This document shows, piece by piece, positions 1 through 9,198 of a stretch of 64,000 bases of DNA. How positions within the stretch are numbered: the stretch's first letter is position 1; each line of letters opens with the position of its first letter. Source of the DNA: an uncultured Gemmatimonadaceae bacterium (GTDB lineage: Bacteria; Gemmatimonadota; Gemmatimonadetes; Gemmatimonadales; Gemmatimonadaceae); assembly GCA_963740355.1 (NCBI GenBank), contig CAVUDW010000003.1, forward strand, positions 2,080,001 through 2,144,000. The letters are read 5' to 3'. The translations under genes were made by a program, and so were the position numbers. A model generated the notes under the pieces. The model saw only the letters and a list, made by a program, of their open reading frames with translations, was not told the origin of the DNA and did no database searches.

Positions 1-274
1 CAAGATCACGCCCGATGGTCGCTTCGCATTCGTGTCGGATCTCGGCGGCAACGAGATGCTGGTGATCAACATCAGGACGCGCGCGGCACACACGCGGATT
101 GCGATGGGCGGCAACTCCGAGGGCATCGTGATGACGCCTGACGGTCAGCACGCCTACACCACACTCAATTCCCGCGACGCGGTGGCACGGATCGACCTCC
201 GCACGATGACGGTGACTGGCGAGGTGAAGACGGGGCGCGGTCCGGACGGCCTGGCCTGGGTCGTGCGCCGCTGA
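1..274 (+). CDS. 3' end of a YVTN/YncE-type beta-propeller protein (partial, starts upstream of window)
   Basis: Frame is open from the window edge; repeated TPDG-x-x-A-(F/Y) blade motifs and a GRGPDGLAW C-terminus. Confidence 0.7.
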   Translation, partial: KITPDGRFAFVSDLGGNEMLVINIRTRAAHTRIAMGGNSEGIVMTPDGQHAYTTLNSRDAVARIDLRTMTVTGEVKTGRGPDGLAWVVRR

Positions 275-1673
275 CGCCGAGCCGAGGCGGTGTGGCAGCA
301 CACATCACCGCCTCGATCTCATCTGCCGAATACGGCAGTCCCTTCGTCAACACCTCGGCACCGTTCGCCGTGATGAGGATCATGTCCTCGAGGTACAGCC
401 CCACGCCATCCACCGTCAGGATCGGCTCGAACGCGATCACCTGCCCGACGCGCAACGTGTCGACATTGCCCTCGGCACTGGCCAATCCGACGCCGTGAAT
501 CTCCCAGAACCGGCCGCCATCGGGAGAGAGTGCGAGGTCGGCTGTCTTGCGCGCGAAGTCCGACGAAAGGCGAGGGCGACGCTTCGCGATATCACTCCGC
601 CATACCGCGAACACCTCGCTTGCGGTGCGCCCCGGCTTCATCTCACCGAGGGCCGCGTCGTAGGCGCGCACGAACAGCTCCCACGCTTCACGCTGATCGG
701 CGGTGAATCGACCTGACACCGGTGCGGTCCGACCGACATCGCCTTCGTAGTGCGCCTGCTTGCAGCCAATGTCGACCCGCGCCAGTTCACCGGCCAGCAT
801 CACGCGATCACGAAACGACGCGTCGCCCAGTGACAGCAGCGCCGCCTCGATGGATGAGTTCTCGCCGGTCATCAGCCAGGGCCAGAACGATACCCCGCTC
901 GCGCCACGGCGAACACATTCCGCGAGAACTTCGACTTCTGCATCCCGCTGGCGTCGTCCGGGGCGAAGCGCGCGCATCCCAACCATCAGCGCCGCCGCGC
1001 TACTCGCTGCGACGGCCCGCAAGGCCGCGATCTCGCCAGCGTCCTTCACTTCGCGCATGTCATCTTCGTCTGGGCCAGGCAGCAGCTGCGCGGTGGGCCA
1101 CCGGGTATGCAACATCTGCTGCCAGAGCCCAGCGGCATCCATGCCGGCGATCACTGGCGGCCGAATGCTGTTGGCAGCACTCTCGAACGGGCCGCGGAGG
1201 ATCAACGCCGGATTCTCCGCGATGCGACGGTCGAGAAATCCTTCGAGCTCGCGCCATGACACGACATGGTCGATGCCGAGTTGTGCCGCCGTTTCCGCAC
1301 CTGGCGTGACGTAGCCGTACGGGGGGCGCATGATGGCACCGAAGCCCGGCAGTCGGCCTGCATCAGGCACGAACAGCCACGTTTCGCGGCGGTCGAAATC
1401 CAACGCCAACACCGAGCCGACGGCGTTCGGCAGGCCTGTCAGATAGAGGAAGGTTGGATCCTGCCGCAACCCGTCTTCACTTGCACCCATCACTGACGGT
1501 GTCGAACGCACGAGATAGATCCCGATGCCGGCCATCTCCATCGCGCGTGCACGCCGCGCGGCCAGCGTGGCCACGGGCACGATCGGTGTCGCCTGCCCAT
1601 CGACCGGTATCGTCGCCAGCGCAGCGCCAAGCGAAAGGCACAGCCATCGAGCGACGCGAATGACGTGCATCAC
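165..1673 (-). CDS. Xaa-Pro aminopeptidase-like protein (M24B), exported, atypical active site
   Basis: Signal-like N-terminus; RQDPTFLYLTG N-domain motif; REVKDAGEI; metal-ligand motifs VDIG, YEGDVGRT, HGVGL, FEP, LEDM. Confidence 0.8.
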   Translation of the reverse strand: MMHVIRVARWLCLSLGAALATIPVDGQATPIVPVATLAARRARAMEMAGIGIYLVRSTPSVMGASEDGLRQDPTFLYLTGLPNAVGSVLALDFDRRETWLFVPDAGRLPGFGAIMRPPYGYVTPGAETAAQLGIDHVVSWRELEGFLDRRIAENPALILRGPFESAANSIRPPVIAGMDAAGLWQQMLHTRWPTAQLLPGPDEDDMREVKDAGEIAALRAVAASSAAALMVGMRALRPGRRQRDAEVEVLAECVRRGASGVSFWPWLMTGENSSIEAALLSLGDASFRDRVMLAGELARVDIGCKQAHYEGDVGRTAPVSGRFTADQREAWELFVRAYDAALGEMKPGRTASEVFAVWRSDIAKRRPRLSSDFARKTADLALSPDGGRFWEIHGVGLASAEGNVDTLRVGQVIAFEPILTVDGVGLYLEDMILITANGAEVLTKGLPYSADEIEAVMCAATPPRLGVSGARPRPGRPDRAPSSPRQSPSSCGGRSVPPRRGN

Positions 1674-3370
1674 AGGTTTCGCCGCTTCAGCTCATCAACC
1701 GCAAACGCGCAGGCGCGCGCCGTCATGGCCATGTAGGTCAGCGACGGATTCTGGCAGCTGCTGGACGTCATGAACGCTCCATCGGTGACGAAGAGGTTCG
1801 GGATGTCCCACGCCTGATTGTGACCGTTGAGCACTGAGGTCTTCGGATCTCGCCCCATGCGCGCGGTGCCCATCTCGTGATTGGCGCCGCCAGGCGTGCT
1901 TGGCCCGCGCGTGGAAGGGCGGATGTTCTTCGCGCCAGCCGCGTCGAGCAGTTCGGAGGCCGTGACGTTCATGTCCCGATGGATCGCGAGTTCGTTGTCA
2001 CTCCACTGCGCCTCGATGTGCAGCGACGGCACACCCCACTTGTCCTTCAGTGTGGGGTGGAGCGTGGCGCGATTGGATTCGCGTGGCAGCATCTCGCCGT
2101 ACCCGTTGAACGTCATGTTCCACGGGCCCAGTTGTGTCAGCCGTTCCTTGAAGGCGAGACCGAGGCCCGACGCCCGCGTCGCGGCGTCCCAGCCGCTGCG
2201 ACCCGCGCCCCCCTGAAAGCCGTAGCCGCGCACGAAGTCAGGCTGGCGCGAGGTCACATTGCGGAAGCGCGGGACATAGATGCCGTTCGGCCGCTCGCCA
2301 ATCACACGTCGATCCGTGAAGCCCTCGATCTCGCCGGACGCACCGCCCCACTTGATGTGATCCATGATGTTCCGGCCCACCTGGTCACTGGAGTTCGCGA
2401 GACCATTCGGGAACTGCGGTGTGGCCGAGTTGAGCAACAGGCGCGCGCTCTCGATCGATGAAGCGCAGAGGAAGACGACCTTCGCCGAGTATCGATGTTC
2501 GACACCCGTCTTGGCGTCGATCACGCGTACGCCCGTGACGCGCTTGCGCACCGGATCGAGCACCAGCGAACGCACCACGCTGAACGGTCGCAGCGTCATC
2601 CGTCCGGTCGCCTGCGCTGCCGGCAGCGTGGAATTGACGGCGCTGAAATACGAGCGCGTCGAGCAGCCACGCTGGCATGGTCCGCAGTAGTGACAAGGTG
2701 CGCGACCTTCGTGCAGTGCGGTGAGTACGGCCACGCGGCCGATGGTCATCACGCGGTCGCGACCATATCGGGCAGCGATCTTCTCGCGCACGTGCTGCTC
2801 GACACAGTTCAGCGCCATCGCCGGCAGGAACTGGCCATCGGGCAACTGCGCGAGTTGCTCCGCCTGCCCAGAGACACCGATGAACCGTTCGACGTGATCG
2901 TACCATGGTGCGATGTCGGCGTAGCGAATCGGCCAATCGACGGCGATGCCTTCGCGTGCATTGGCCTCGAAATCGAGATCGCTCATCCGGTAGACTTGCC
3001 GGCCCCAGATGGTGGACTTGCCACCCACCTGACGCGCGCGAAACCAATCGAAGCGTTTCGCCCCGTCGGGCGTGCTGTACGGATTATCGATGTCATCCGT
3101 CCAGAACCGGCTGCTCAGTTCATCGAAGCTCACCGATCGCTGCTGCACCGGCTGGCGCGACTCCACGGCGCGGCGATCGCCCAGCCCACGAAACGGCATC
3201 TCGAAAGGCGGGACATGCTCGCGCGCATCGGCCTCCGGTGTCACCGATCGTCCTGCCTCCAGCACCAGCGTGCGCAGGCCAAGTCGCGTCAACTCCTTGG
3301 CTGCCCAGCCGCCCGTCATGCCCGAGCCGACCACGATGGCATCGAACGTGGTCGCGATGTCGCGGCTCAT
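1670..3370 (-). CDS. GMC family oxidoreductase, glucoside 3-dehydrogenase (LacA-like) large subunit
   Basis: DAIVVGSGMTGGWAAKEL FAD motif, DWPIRY, Cys cluster CHYCGPCQRGC, HEMGTARMG, CQNPSLTYMA. Confidence 0.9.
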   Translation of the reverse strand: MSRDIATTFDAIVVGSGMTGGWAAKELTRLGLRTLVLEAGRSVTPEADAREHVPPFEMPFRGLGDRRAVESRQPVQQRSVSFDELSSRFWTDDIDNPYSTPDGAKRFDWFRARQVGGKSTIWGRQVYRMSDLDFEANAREGIAVDWPIRYADIAPWYDHVERFIGVSGQAEQLAQLPDGQFLPAMALNCVEQHVREKIAARYGRDRVMTIGRVAVLTALHEGRAPCHYCGPCQRGCSTRSYFSAVNSTLPAAQATGRMTLRPFSVVRSLVLDPVRKRVTGVRVIDAKTGVEHRYSAKVVFLCASSIESARLLLNSATPQFPNGLANSSDQVGRNIMDHIKWGGASGEIEGFTDRRVIGERPNGIYVPRFRNVTSRQPDFVRGYGFQGGAGRSGWDAATRASGLGLAFKERLTQLGPWNMTFNGYGEMLPRESNRATLHPTLKDKWGVPSLHIEAQWSDNELAIHRDMNVTASELLDAAGAKNIRPSTRGPSTPGGANHEMGTARMGRDPKTSVLNGHNQAWDIPNLFVTDGAFMTSSSCQNPSLTYMAMTARACAFAVDELKRRNL

Positions 3371-3942
3371 CCGGTCACCAGTGCATTACCATCGTAACGC
3401 ATCGGCATCGGCCAGCTGTGCAGCGTCTGCTGCATGCCGACTTCCGAGGTGCAGTACCCCCACACGGTGAGATACTTGAGCATCGCGAACCAATGCTCGT
3501 TGGCAGTTACGGCATTCGTGCGGCGAAGTTCGCTCACGTCACCGTCAAACACTTCCAGCAGCGCCAGCTGATCAGCCGCGGAAGCATCCACGAATGATTT
3601 CTGAAAGCGCGCCAGGCTCCTTGCGTCGAGCTCTCGCAGTCCGGCGCGAAACCGATCGCGATCGGCAGCCGGATACCAACCAGCCAGCATTCGATCGATG
3701 AACGAGCTCACATCGGCGTCCGTCGCACCCGGCGTGTCACTCTTCGGAATGATGAACTCGGCCGCCACCGTCACTGCGCTGAGCGCCGCCTGGTCGAGTG
3801 CGCCGGACGCCGATACGCTGCCCTGCTCCGCAGACCGATGCACGTCCTGGCCGATCGCGATCAGGTCGTGCGCCGACAGTCGGTTGAGTGCGCTCAAGCC
3901 ACCGGTTGCGACCATCCACCCAAGCAGTTCACGTCGGTCCAC
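3367..3942 (-). CDS. Gluconate 2-dehydrogenase subunit 3 family (Tat small subunit)
   Basis: DRRELL twin-arginine motif, IIPKSDTPGA, GYCTSEVG; 4-bp overlap with the GMC gene. Confidence 0.85.
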   Translation of the reverse strand: MDRRELLGWMVATGGLSALNRLSAHDLIAIGQDVHRSAEQGSVSASGALDQAALSAVTVAAEFIIPKSDTPGATDADVSSFIDRMLAGWYPAADRDRFRAGLRELDARSLARFQKSFVDASAADQLALLEVFDGDVSELRRTNAVTANEHWFAMLKYLTVWGYCTSEVGMQQTLHSWPMPMRYDGNALVTG

Positions 3943-3945
3943 AGC

Positions 3946-5676
3946 TCACGCCTCACCTTTGGGATACACTGTCCTTCCGCCCGTCACCGTGCGCACCACC
4001 TTGATGTCCTTGATCGTCTCGGGTGGCACATCGTGCGGATCCTTCTCGAGAATCACGAAGTCCGCCAGCTTGCCGGCCGTGATCGATCCCTTCACGTGTT
4101 CCTCGTACGACGCATAGGCTCCGTTCTGTGTTGCGACGGTCAAGGCCTGGTCGATGGTGATCCGTTGGTTCGCGCCCCACACATGTCCGCGGAAATCCTT
4201 GCGCGTGACCATCGACTGGAGCGCCATCAGCGGCTCGAACGGCCCCGGCCCGTAGTCACTCGCGCCCGGCACCTTGATGCCGGCATCGAGAAACGACTTG
4301 TGCGCGAACATCGACTGCATCTTCTCGTCGCCGTACTTCTCCCACTTCTCGCCGTGGTAGTAGATGTAGGTCCAGAAGGGCGTCGGGATCGATCCCGTCT
4401 TCACCAGCCGCGCGATCAGGCCAGGATTGATCAGCGAACAGTGCTCCACGCGGTGCCGGCGATCCGGATGTGGCCACCGCGCCAGCGCCCGTTCGTAGGC
4501 CGTCAGCACCATGTCGATCGTCACATCGCCGTTGGCATGAATGCCAACCTGCCAGTTCTTGCTGTGTGCATCATCCACGGCATCGTGAATTTCCTGCTGC
4601 GACATGGTCAGGATGCCATAGTCGCTGGTGCCAAGAAACGGGGTGCTCATCCGCATCGTCCGCTCGGAGGCCGAGCCGTCGGCGGCATACTTCACGCCAC
4701 CAATCCGCACCCACTCATCGCCGAACCCTGTGTACACGCCAGCGTCGCGCAGCAACGGGAACGCCTTGCCGCGCACCATCAGGTACGCGCGATGGCGGAG
4801 CTCACCCGCCGCGCGCACGTCCTCGTAGGCGCGAATGTTCTCCACCGACGCACTCAGGTCGTGCACGGTGGTCAGTCCCGCCGCCGTGTAGAGCGACGAG
4901 ATGTGGGCCATGCCCTTCCGATTTCGCTCCAGCTGCTGCGCAGGCGTGAACACTTCCCGCTGCCCGACGTTCTCGAAGACATCCGTCGCCAGCTCGGCCA
5001 CCCAGCCATTCGGCGTGCCGTCGGCATCACGAAAGAAGCGACCACCGGTGGGATCGGGCGTGTCCTTGGTGACTTTCGCCAACTCGAAGGCCTTCGAGTT
5101 GTACCATCCCGTGTGGCCTCCGCGGTGGTGCACACCAACGGGGTTGTTCGGTGCCACGTCATCGAGGTCTCGTCGATGCAGCGGCCGGCCATCGGTGAGC
5201 TTGGTGTCGTCGAACATGTACGCGTCGACCCAGTATCCCGGCGGCGTCGTTGCAACCTTCGCTGCGATGGCCGCCTTCAGCGCACCGATGCTGCGCAGGT
5301 TGGCGTCGACATCGTACAACTCCGTCACGCCGCCGGGATGGTTGTGCGCATCGATGAAGCCGGGCACCACGGTCATTCGTGCGGCGTCGATGACGCGTGT
5401 GCGTCGCGTGGCGAGGTTGCGCACATCGGCCGTGCTGCCCACGGCGAGGAATCGCCCATCACGCACGGCGAACGCCTGCGCGCGCGGGTTGGCGGGGTCG
5501 CTGGTGAGCACACGGGCATTGATCACGATCAGGTCCGCATCGATGCCGAACCCCTTCTGCGGCATCGGCGGCAAGGGAGCCGGCCTGGCCTGCCCTCGGC
5601 TTCCAGCGGGAACCACTGCCGCGCCAGCCATCAGCGCGCTCAATCGAAGAAATTCCTTGCGGCTGATCTGGGACAT
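3946..5676 (-). CDS. YtcJ-like metal-dependent amidohydrolase (amidohydrolase 3) with Tat-like signal
   Basis: SRKEFL signal, PGFIDAHNH, KYAADGS, HANGD, RVEHC, GSITAGKLADFVIL. Start is ATG 5676 or GTG 5688. Confidence 0.88.
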   Translation of the reverse strand: MSQISRKEFLRLSALMAGAAVVPAGSRGQARPAPLPPMPQKGFGIDADLIVINARVLTSDPANPRAQAFAVRDGRFLAVGSTADVRNLATRRTRVIDAARMTVVPGFIDAHNHPGGVTELYDVDANLRSIGALKAAIAAKVATTPPGYWVDAYMFDDTKLTDGRPLHRRDLDDVAPNNPVGVHHRGGHTGWYNSKAFELAKVTKDTPDPTGGRFFRDADGTPNGWVAELATDVFENVGQREVFTPAQQLERNRKGMAHISSLYTAAGLTTVHDLSASVENIRAYEDVRAAGELRHRAYLMVRGKAFPLLRDAGVYTGFGDEWVRIGGVKYAADGSASERTMRMSTPFLGTSDYGILTMSQQEIHDAVDDAHSKNWQVGIHANGDVTIDMVLTAYERALARWPHPDRRHRVEHCSLINPGLIARLVKTGSIPTPFWTYIYYHGEKWEKYGDEKMQSMFAHKSFLDAGIKVPGASDYGPGPFEPLMALQSMVTRKDFRGHVWGANQRITIDQALTVATQNGAYASYEEHVKGSITAGKLADFVILEKDPHDVPPETIKDIKVVRTVTGGRTVYPKGEA

Positions 5677-5793
5677 GGGCGCGATCACTCCTGTTCAACG
5701 GGTATCGAGACGACTCGACGGCCACACGTGCGAGATACTATCGTGAGGTAGACGATTGTGCGCAGCACCCTTCGATGTGACTGTTCTCCCCCG

Positions 5794-7893
5794 ATGGCCG
5801 ACCCCACGCACGACTTTCTCAACCCCGAGCTCAGCCTCCTCGCCTTTCAGCGACGCGTCCTGGCGCTGGCCGAGGATCCGCACCTCCCCCTGCTCGAGCG
5901 GCTGCGGTTTCTCGGGATCGTCACCAGCAACATCGACGAGTTGTACATGGTGCGCATGGCCGAACTGCGCCAGGCGGCGGCCGATGCCATGGGCGACGCG
6001 CGTTCGCACGACCGCGACGGGCATACCGCACGTTCCCTCCTCGAAGCGGTCGAAACCGAGATTGCTGAGATCCTGGCGGCACAATCCGCCTGCGCGACCC
6101 GCTGCCTGGCAAGCGCCGCGGCGCACGGCGTGCACCTGCTGACATGGAACGACCTCTCGACGCCGGAACGCGAGGCACTGCACCAGAGCTATCTGGACGA
6201 AATCCAGCCGGACCTGATGCCGATGGCGATCACGCTCAGCCCTGGTGTGCCCTTGCCGCACCTGCCGCACCTCGGGCTGTTCGTCGCCATCGTCTACCGG
6301 GCCGCCGGAAGCGCACGAACACATCTCGCCGAGCATGAACTGCCGTCGGATGTGCCACGCATCCTGCCAGTGCCAGGACGCGACGGGTGCGTGATCCTGC
6401 TGGAAGAAGTGCTCCGGGCCAACGTGCAGTCGCTGTACCCGAACGCGGTCGTAGAAGGCGCATTCCTCTTTCGCGTGACACGCGGCGGCGATCTCTATCT
6501 CGAAGATGATGCGGCAGGCGGCCTGCTCGATGCCGTGGCCGCGGCGACTGCACGACGGCCACACAACCCAGCGGTGCGCGTGGAAGTCGAGAGCCAGATG
6601 CCGGACACGGTGCGTGATCTGATCCTCGACAATCTCCAGCGCGATGCACTGGGACGCGAGCTGCCACTCACCGTGAACGCCGCGCAAGCGATCGAGGGAT
6701 TGCTCGACCAGCGTTGCCTGCAGGCACTGCCGCTGCCTCGCGATCCGTCACTCGAGTTTCCTTCGCATGTGGCGCGCACCGGGATCTGGGGCGATCAGTC
6801 GCTGCTGGATGCGATTCGCGACGTCGAGCGACTGGTGCATCATCCCTTCGAGTCCTTCGACGACACGGTCGTGCGCTTCTTTCAGGAAGCGGCCGCCGAT
6901 CCTGACGTGACGTCGATCGCCAGCACGCTGTACCGAGTCGGCAACCCATCGCCGATCGTGGATGCGTTGCTGCTGGCCGCACGCTCCGGCAAGCAGGTGT
7001 TCGTGCTGGTCGAGCTGCAGGCGCGTTTCGACGAGGAACACAACGTGTTGTGGGCCCGCGCGCTGGAGCGCGCCGGTGGACGTGTCGTGTACGGACTGCC
7101 GGGACTCAAGGTGCACGCCAAGGTGGCGTTGGTCGAACGCACCGAAGGAGACCGGACGGCGCGCTACGCGCACATCGGCACCGGCAACTACAACCCGCGA
7201 TCGGGGCGACAGTACACGGACCTCAGTCTGTTCACATCGCGTGCGGCACTCACCAGCGATGTGGCGTCACTCTTCGACTCGTTGCGCGCCTCGACCTACC
7301 CCACGGCGCCGATGGCCGGTGGGTTGCTGGTCGCGCCACACCTGCTGCTGTCGGCGTTGCTGGCGCGCATCGATCGCGAAGCGGAGCATGCGCGCGCTGG
7401 CGTGCCGGCGTCGATCACGATGAAGGTGAATGGCTTGTCCGATCGCGAGGTGGTGCAGGCGCTCTATCGTGCATCGCAGGCCGGCGTGCGGATCGACCTG
7501 GTGGTGCGCGGGATCTGCACCCTGCGGCCGGGCGTGCCGGGGATGTCGGAGCAGGCGCGGGTGGTGTCGGTGGTGGGGCGCTGGCTGGAGCACTCGCGCA
7601 TCTATCGGTTCGGGAACGCCGGCGAACCGGAGTACCTGATCGGCTCGTCGGACCTGCGGCCTCGCAACCTGAGACGCCGCGTCGAGGTGCTGGCACCAGT
7701 GATCGACCCCGGCCACCAGCGGCGGCTGGATGAGATCCTCTCGCGGTATCTGGACGACGCCACCGGCTGGGATCTCGACGCCAACGGGGGATACACCCCG
7801 CGGTCTGGTGCCGAGCCTGGCGCCCAGGCGCGATTCGCCGCCGACTTCCCAGAGCACTCGCGCGTCGGCGAACTTCGAGACGCGCAACGCTGA
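5794..7893 (+). CDS. ppk1: Polyphosphate kinase 1
   Basis: NPELSLLAFQRRVL, LLERLRFLGIVTSNIDELYMVRMA, HHPFESF, KVHAK, HIGTGNYN, LEHSRIY, RNLRRRVE. ATG 5794 preferred over the ORF-track start at 5758. Confidence 0.93.
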   Translation: MADPTHDFLNPELSLLAFQRRVLALAEDPHLPLLERLRFLGIVTSNIDELYMVRMAELRQAAADAMGDARSHDRDGHTARSLLEAVETEIAEILAAQSACATRCLASAAAHGVHLLTWNDLSTPEREALHQSYLDEIQPDLMPMAITLSPGVPLPHLPHLGLFVAIVYRAAGSARTHLAEHELPSDVPRILPVPGRDGCVILLEEVLRANVQSLYPNAVVEGAFLFRVTRGGDLYLEDDAAGGLLDAVAAATARRPHNPAVRVEVESQMPDTVRDLILDNLQRDALGRELPLTVNAAQAIEGLLDQRCLQALPLPRDPSLEFPSHVARTGIWGDQSLLDAIRDVERLVHHPFESFDDTVVRFFQEAAADPDVTSIASTLYRVGNPSPIVDALLLAARSGKQVFVLVELQARFDEEHNVLWARALERAGGRVVYGLPGLKVHAKVALVERTEGDRTARYAHIGTGNYNPRSGRQYTDLSLFTSRAALTSDVASLFDSLRASTYPTAPMAGGLLVAPHLLLSALLARIDREAEHARAGVPASITMKVNGLSDREVVQALYRASQAGVRIDLVVRGICTLRPGVPGMSEQARVVSVVGRWLEHSRIYRFGNAGEPEYLIGSSDLRPRNLRRRVEVLAPVIDPGHQRRLDEILSRYLDDATGWDLDANGGYTPRSGAEPGAQARFAADFPEHSRVGELRDAQR

Positions 7894-7911
7894 CGGCGGA
7901 GAGGATCCGCA

Positions 7912-8373
7912 GTGACTGTCCAGACGAAACGACTGGTGCTGCTGTACGGACTCCTCGGGGGCGTGCTGATCGCGCTTCTCAACCTGGTGGAGTACCGGTA
8001 CCTCGTCGTCACCCACTCGATCGAGATCTACGGCGTGCTGGTGGCCGTGATCTTCGTGGTGCTCGGCATCTGGCTCGGCCTGACCCTCACTGGTCGCAAG
8101 GAGCGCATCGTGGTGCGCGAGGTCCTGGTGCCGGTAGAGGCGGCGCCGTTCGTGCCCGATCCGGCGAAACGCGAGGCGATGGGTGTCACGCGCCGTGAAC
8201 TCGAGATTCTGGAGCTGATGGCGGCCGGCCTGAGCAACAAGGAAATCGCGGCCAGGATCTTCGTCAGCGAGAACACCGTCAAGACGCACTCCAGCCGGCT
8301 GTTCGAGAAACTCGGGGCCCGGCGCCGAACGCAGGCAATTCAGGTCGGAAAAGCGTCAGGTCTGCTGCCGTGA
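7912..8373 (+). CDS. Membrane-anchored LuxR/NarL-type HTH regulator without receiver domain
   Basis: Two N-terminal hydrophobic segments, then TRRELEILELMAAGLSNKEIAARIFVSENTVKTH. Confidence 0.88.
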   Translation: MTVQTKRLVLLYGLLGGVLIALLNLVEYRYLVVTHSIEIYGVLVAVIFVVLGIWLGLTLTGRKERIVVREVLVPVEAAPFVPDPAKREAMGVTRRELEILELMAAGLSNKEIAARIFVSENTVKTHSSRLFEKLGARRRTQAIQVGKASGLLP

Positions 8374-8386
8374 TCCCGCTCGAGGG

Positions 8387-8468
8387 TCATCCGAAGGGAT
8401 GATTCTGGCACATTTCGCGGAAATCATACCAATGGGTGACTCCGCTCGCCCGCCCTGACCCGTAGCAT
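8387..8468 (+). promoter_or_regulatory. Two 16-bp TCAT-N8-RTGA inverted-repeat sites and a -10-like TAGCAT upstream of the DUF4199 gene
   Basis: TCATCCgaagGGATGA (8387-8402), TCATACcaatGGGTGA (8424-8439), TAGCAT (8463-8468); AGGAG RBS at 8489-8493. Confidence 0.6.
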
Positions 8469-8500
8469 GGCGCTCACATCCCCACACAAGGAGCAGTGAC

Positions 8501-9073
8501 ATGAAGCGGATCGTCCTCACTTTTGGCCTCATCTCCGGCGCCATCCTCTCGGCGCTGCTGACGCTGACCATGGCCATCGGCACACGGCTTGGCACCGACA
8601 CCGGAATGCTCGAGGGCACCACCGGCATGCTGGTCGGCTACACGACCATGCTGCTGAGTTTTCTCCTCGTCTACTTCGGCGTCCGGACCTATCGGGATAC
8701 GCAGGGCGGCGGATCGGTGCGGTTCTGGCCTGCCTTCCGGGTCGGCTTCATGATTTCCCTCATCGCCTCGGTCTGCTACGCCGCGACCTGGCAGGTGGTG
8801 TACCGGACGATGCTGCCCGATTTCGCGGAGAAGTACGCCGCCTCGACCCTCAAGAAGGCTGCGGCTGATGGGGCGACGCCGGCGGAGCTCGAGGCGCAGC
8901 GCAAGCAGATGGACGACTTTCAGACGCTCTACAAGAACCCCTTTGCGAACTTCGGCATGACGTTGCTGGAGCCGTTGCCGGTCGCGCTGCTCGTGTCGCT
9001 GATCAGCGCCGGCGTCCTGTCCCGCCGGCGGCGCGACGCGGGACTGTCCACTCTAGGCAACGCGGTGTCCTGA
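8501..9073 (+). CDS. DUF4199-like membrane protein
   Basis: Four hydrophobic segments, FGVRTYRD..GG.V.F..AF..G, PDFAEKY; good RBS. Confidence 0.78.
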   Translation: MKRIVLTFGLISGAILSALLTLTMAIGTRLGTDTGMLEGTTGMLVGYTTMLLSFLLVYFGVRTYRDTQGGGSVRFWPAFRVGFMISLIASVCYAATWQVVYRTMLPDFAEKYAASTLKKAAADGATPAELEAQRKQMDDFQTLYKNPFANFGMTLLEPLPVALLVSLISAGVLSRRRRDAGLSTLGNAVS

Positions 9074-9198
9074 AAGCGGGAATCCGAGCGCGGCCTTGGA
9101 GACGTAAGTCGTTATACGGCAACACGATCAGGCTCGGTACGGCTTATGCAAGAGTAGTCCTCGACAGGACCGTTCCTGTCTTTACCCGGAGTGGCACC

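Noticed and set aside
3838..5751. 637-aa plus-strand ORF, and similar long antisense ORFs (9986-11686, 26313-27917, 27854-28930, 46059-47369, 58757-60397)
   Set aside because: They lie opposite well-supported genes, carry no recognisable motifs, and are the expected stop-poor shadows of GC-rich codon usage.
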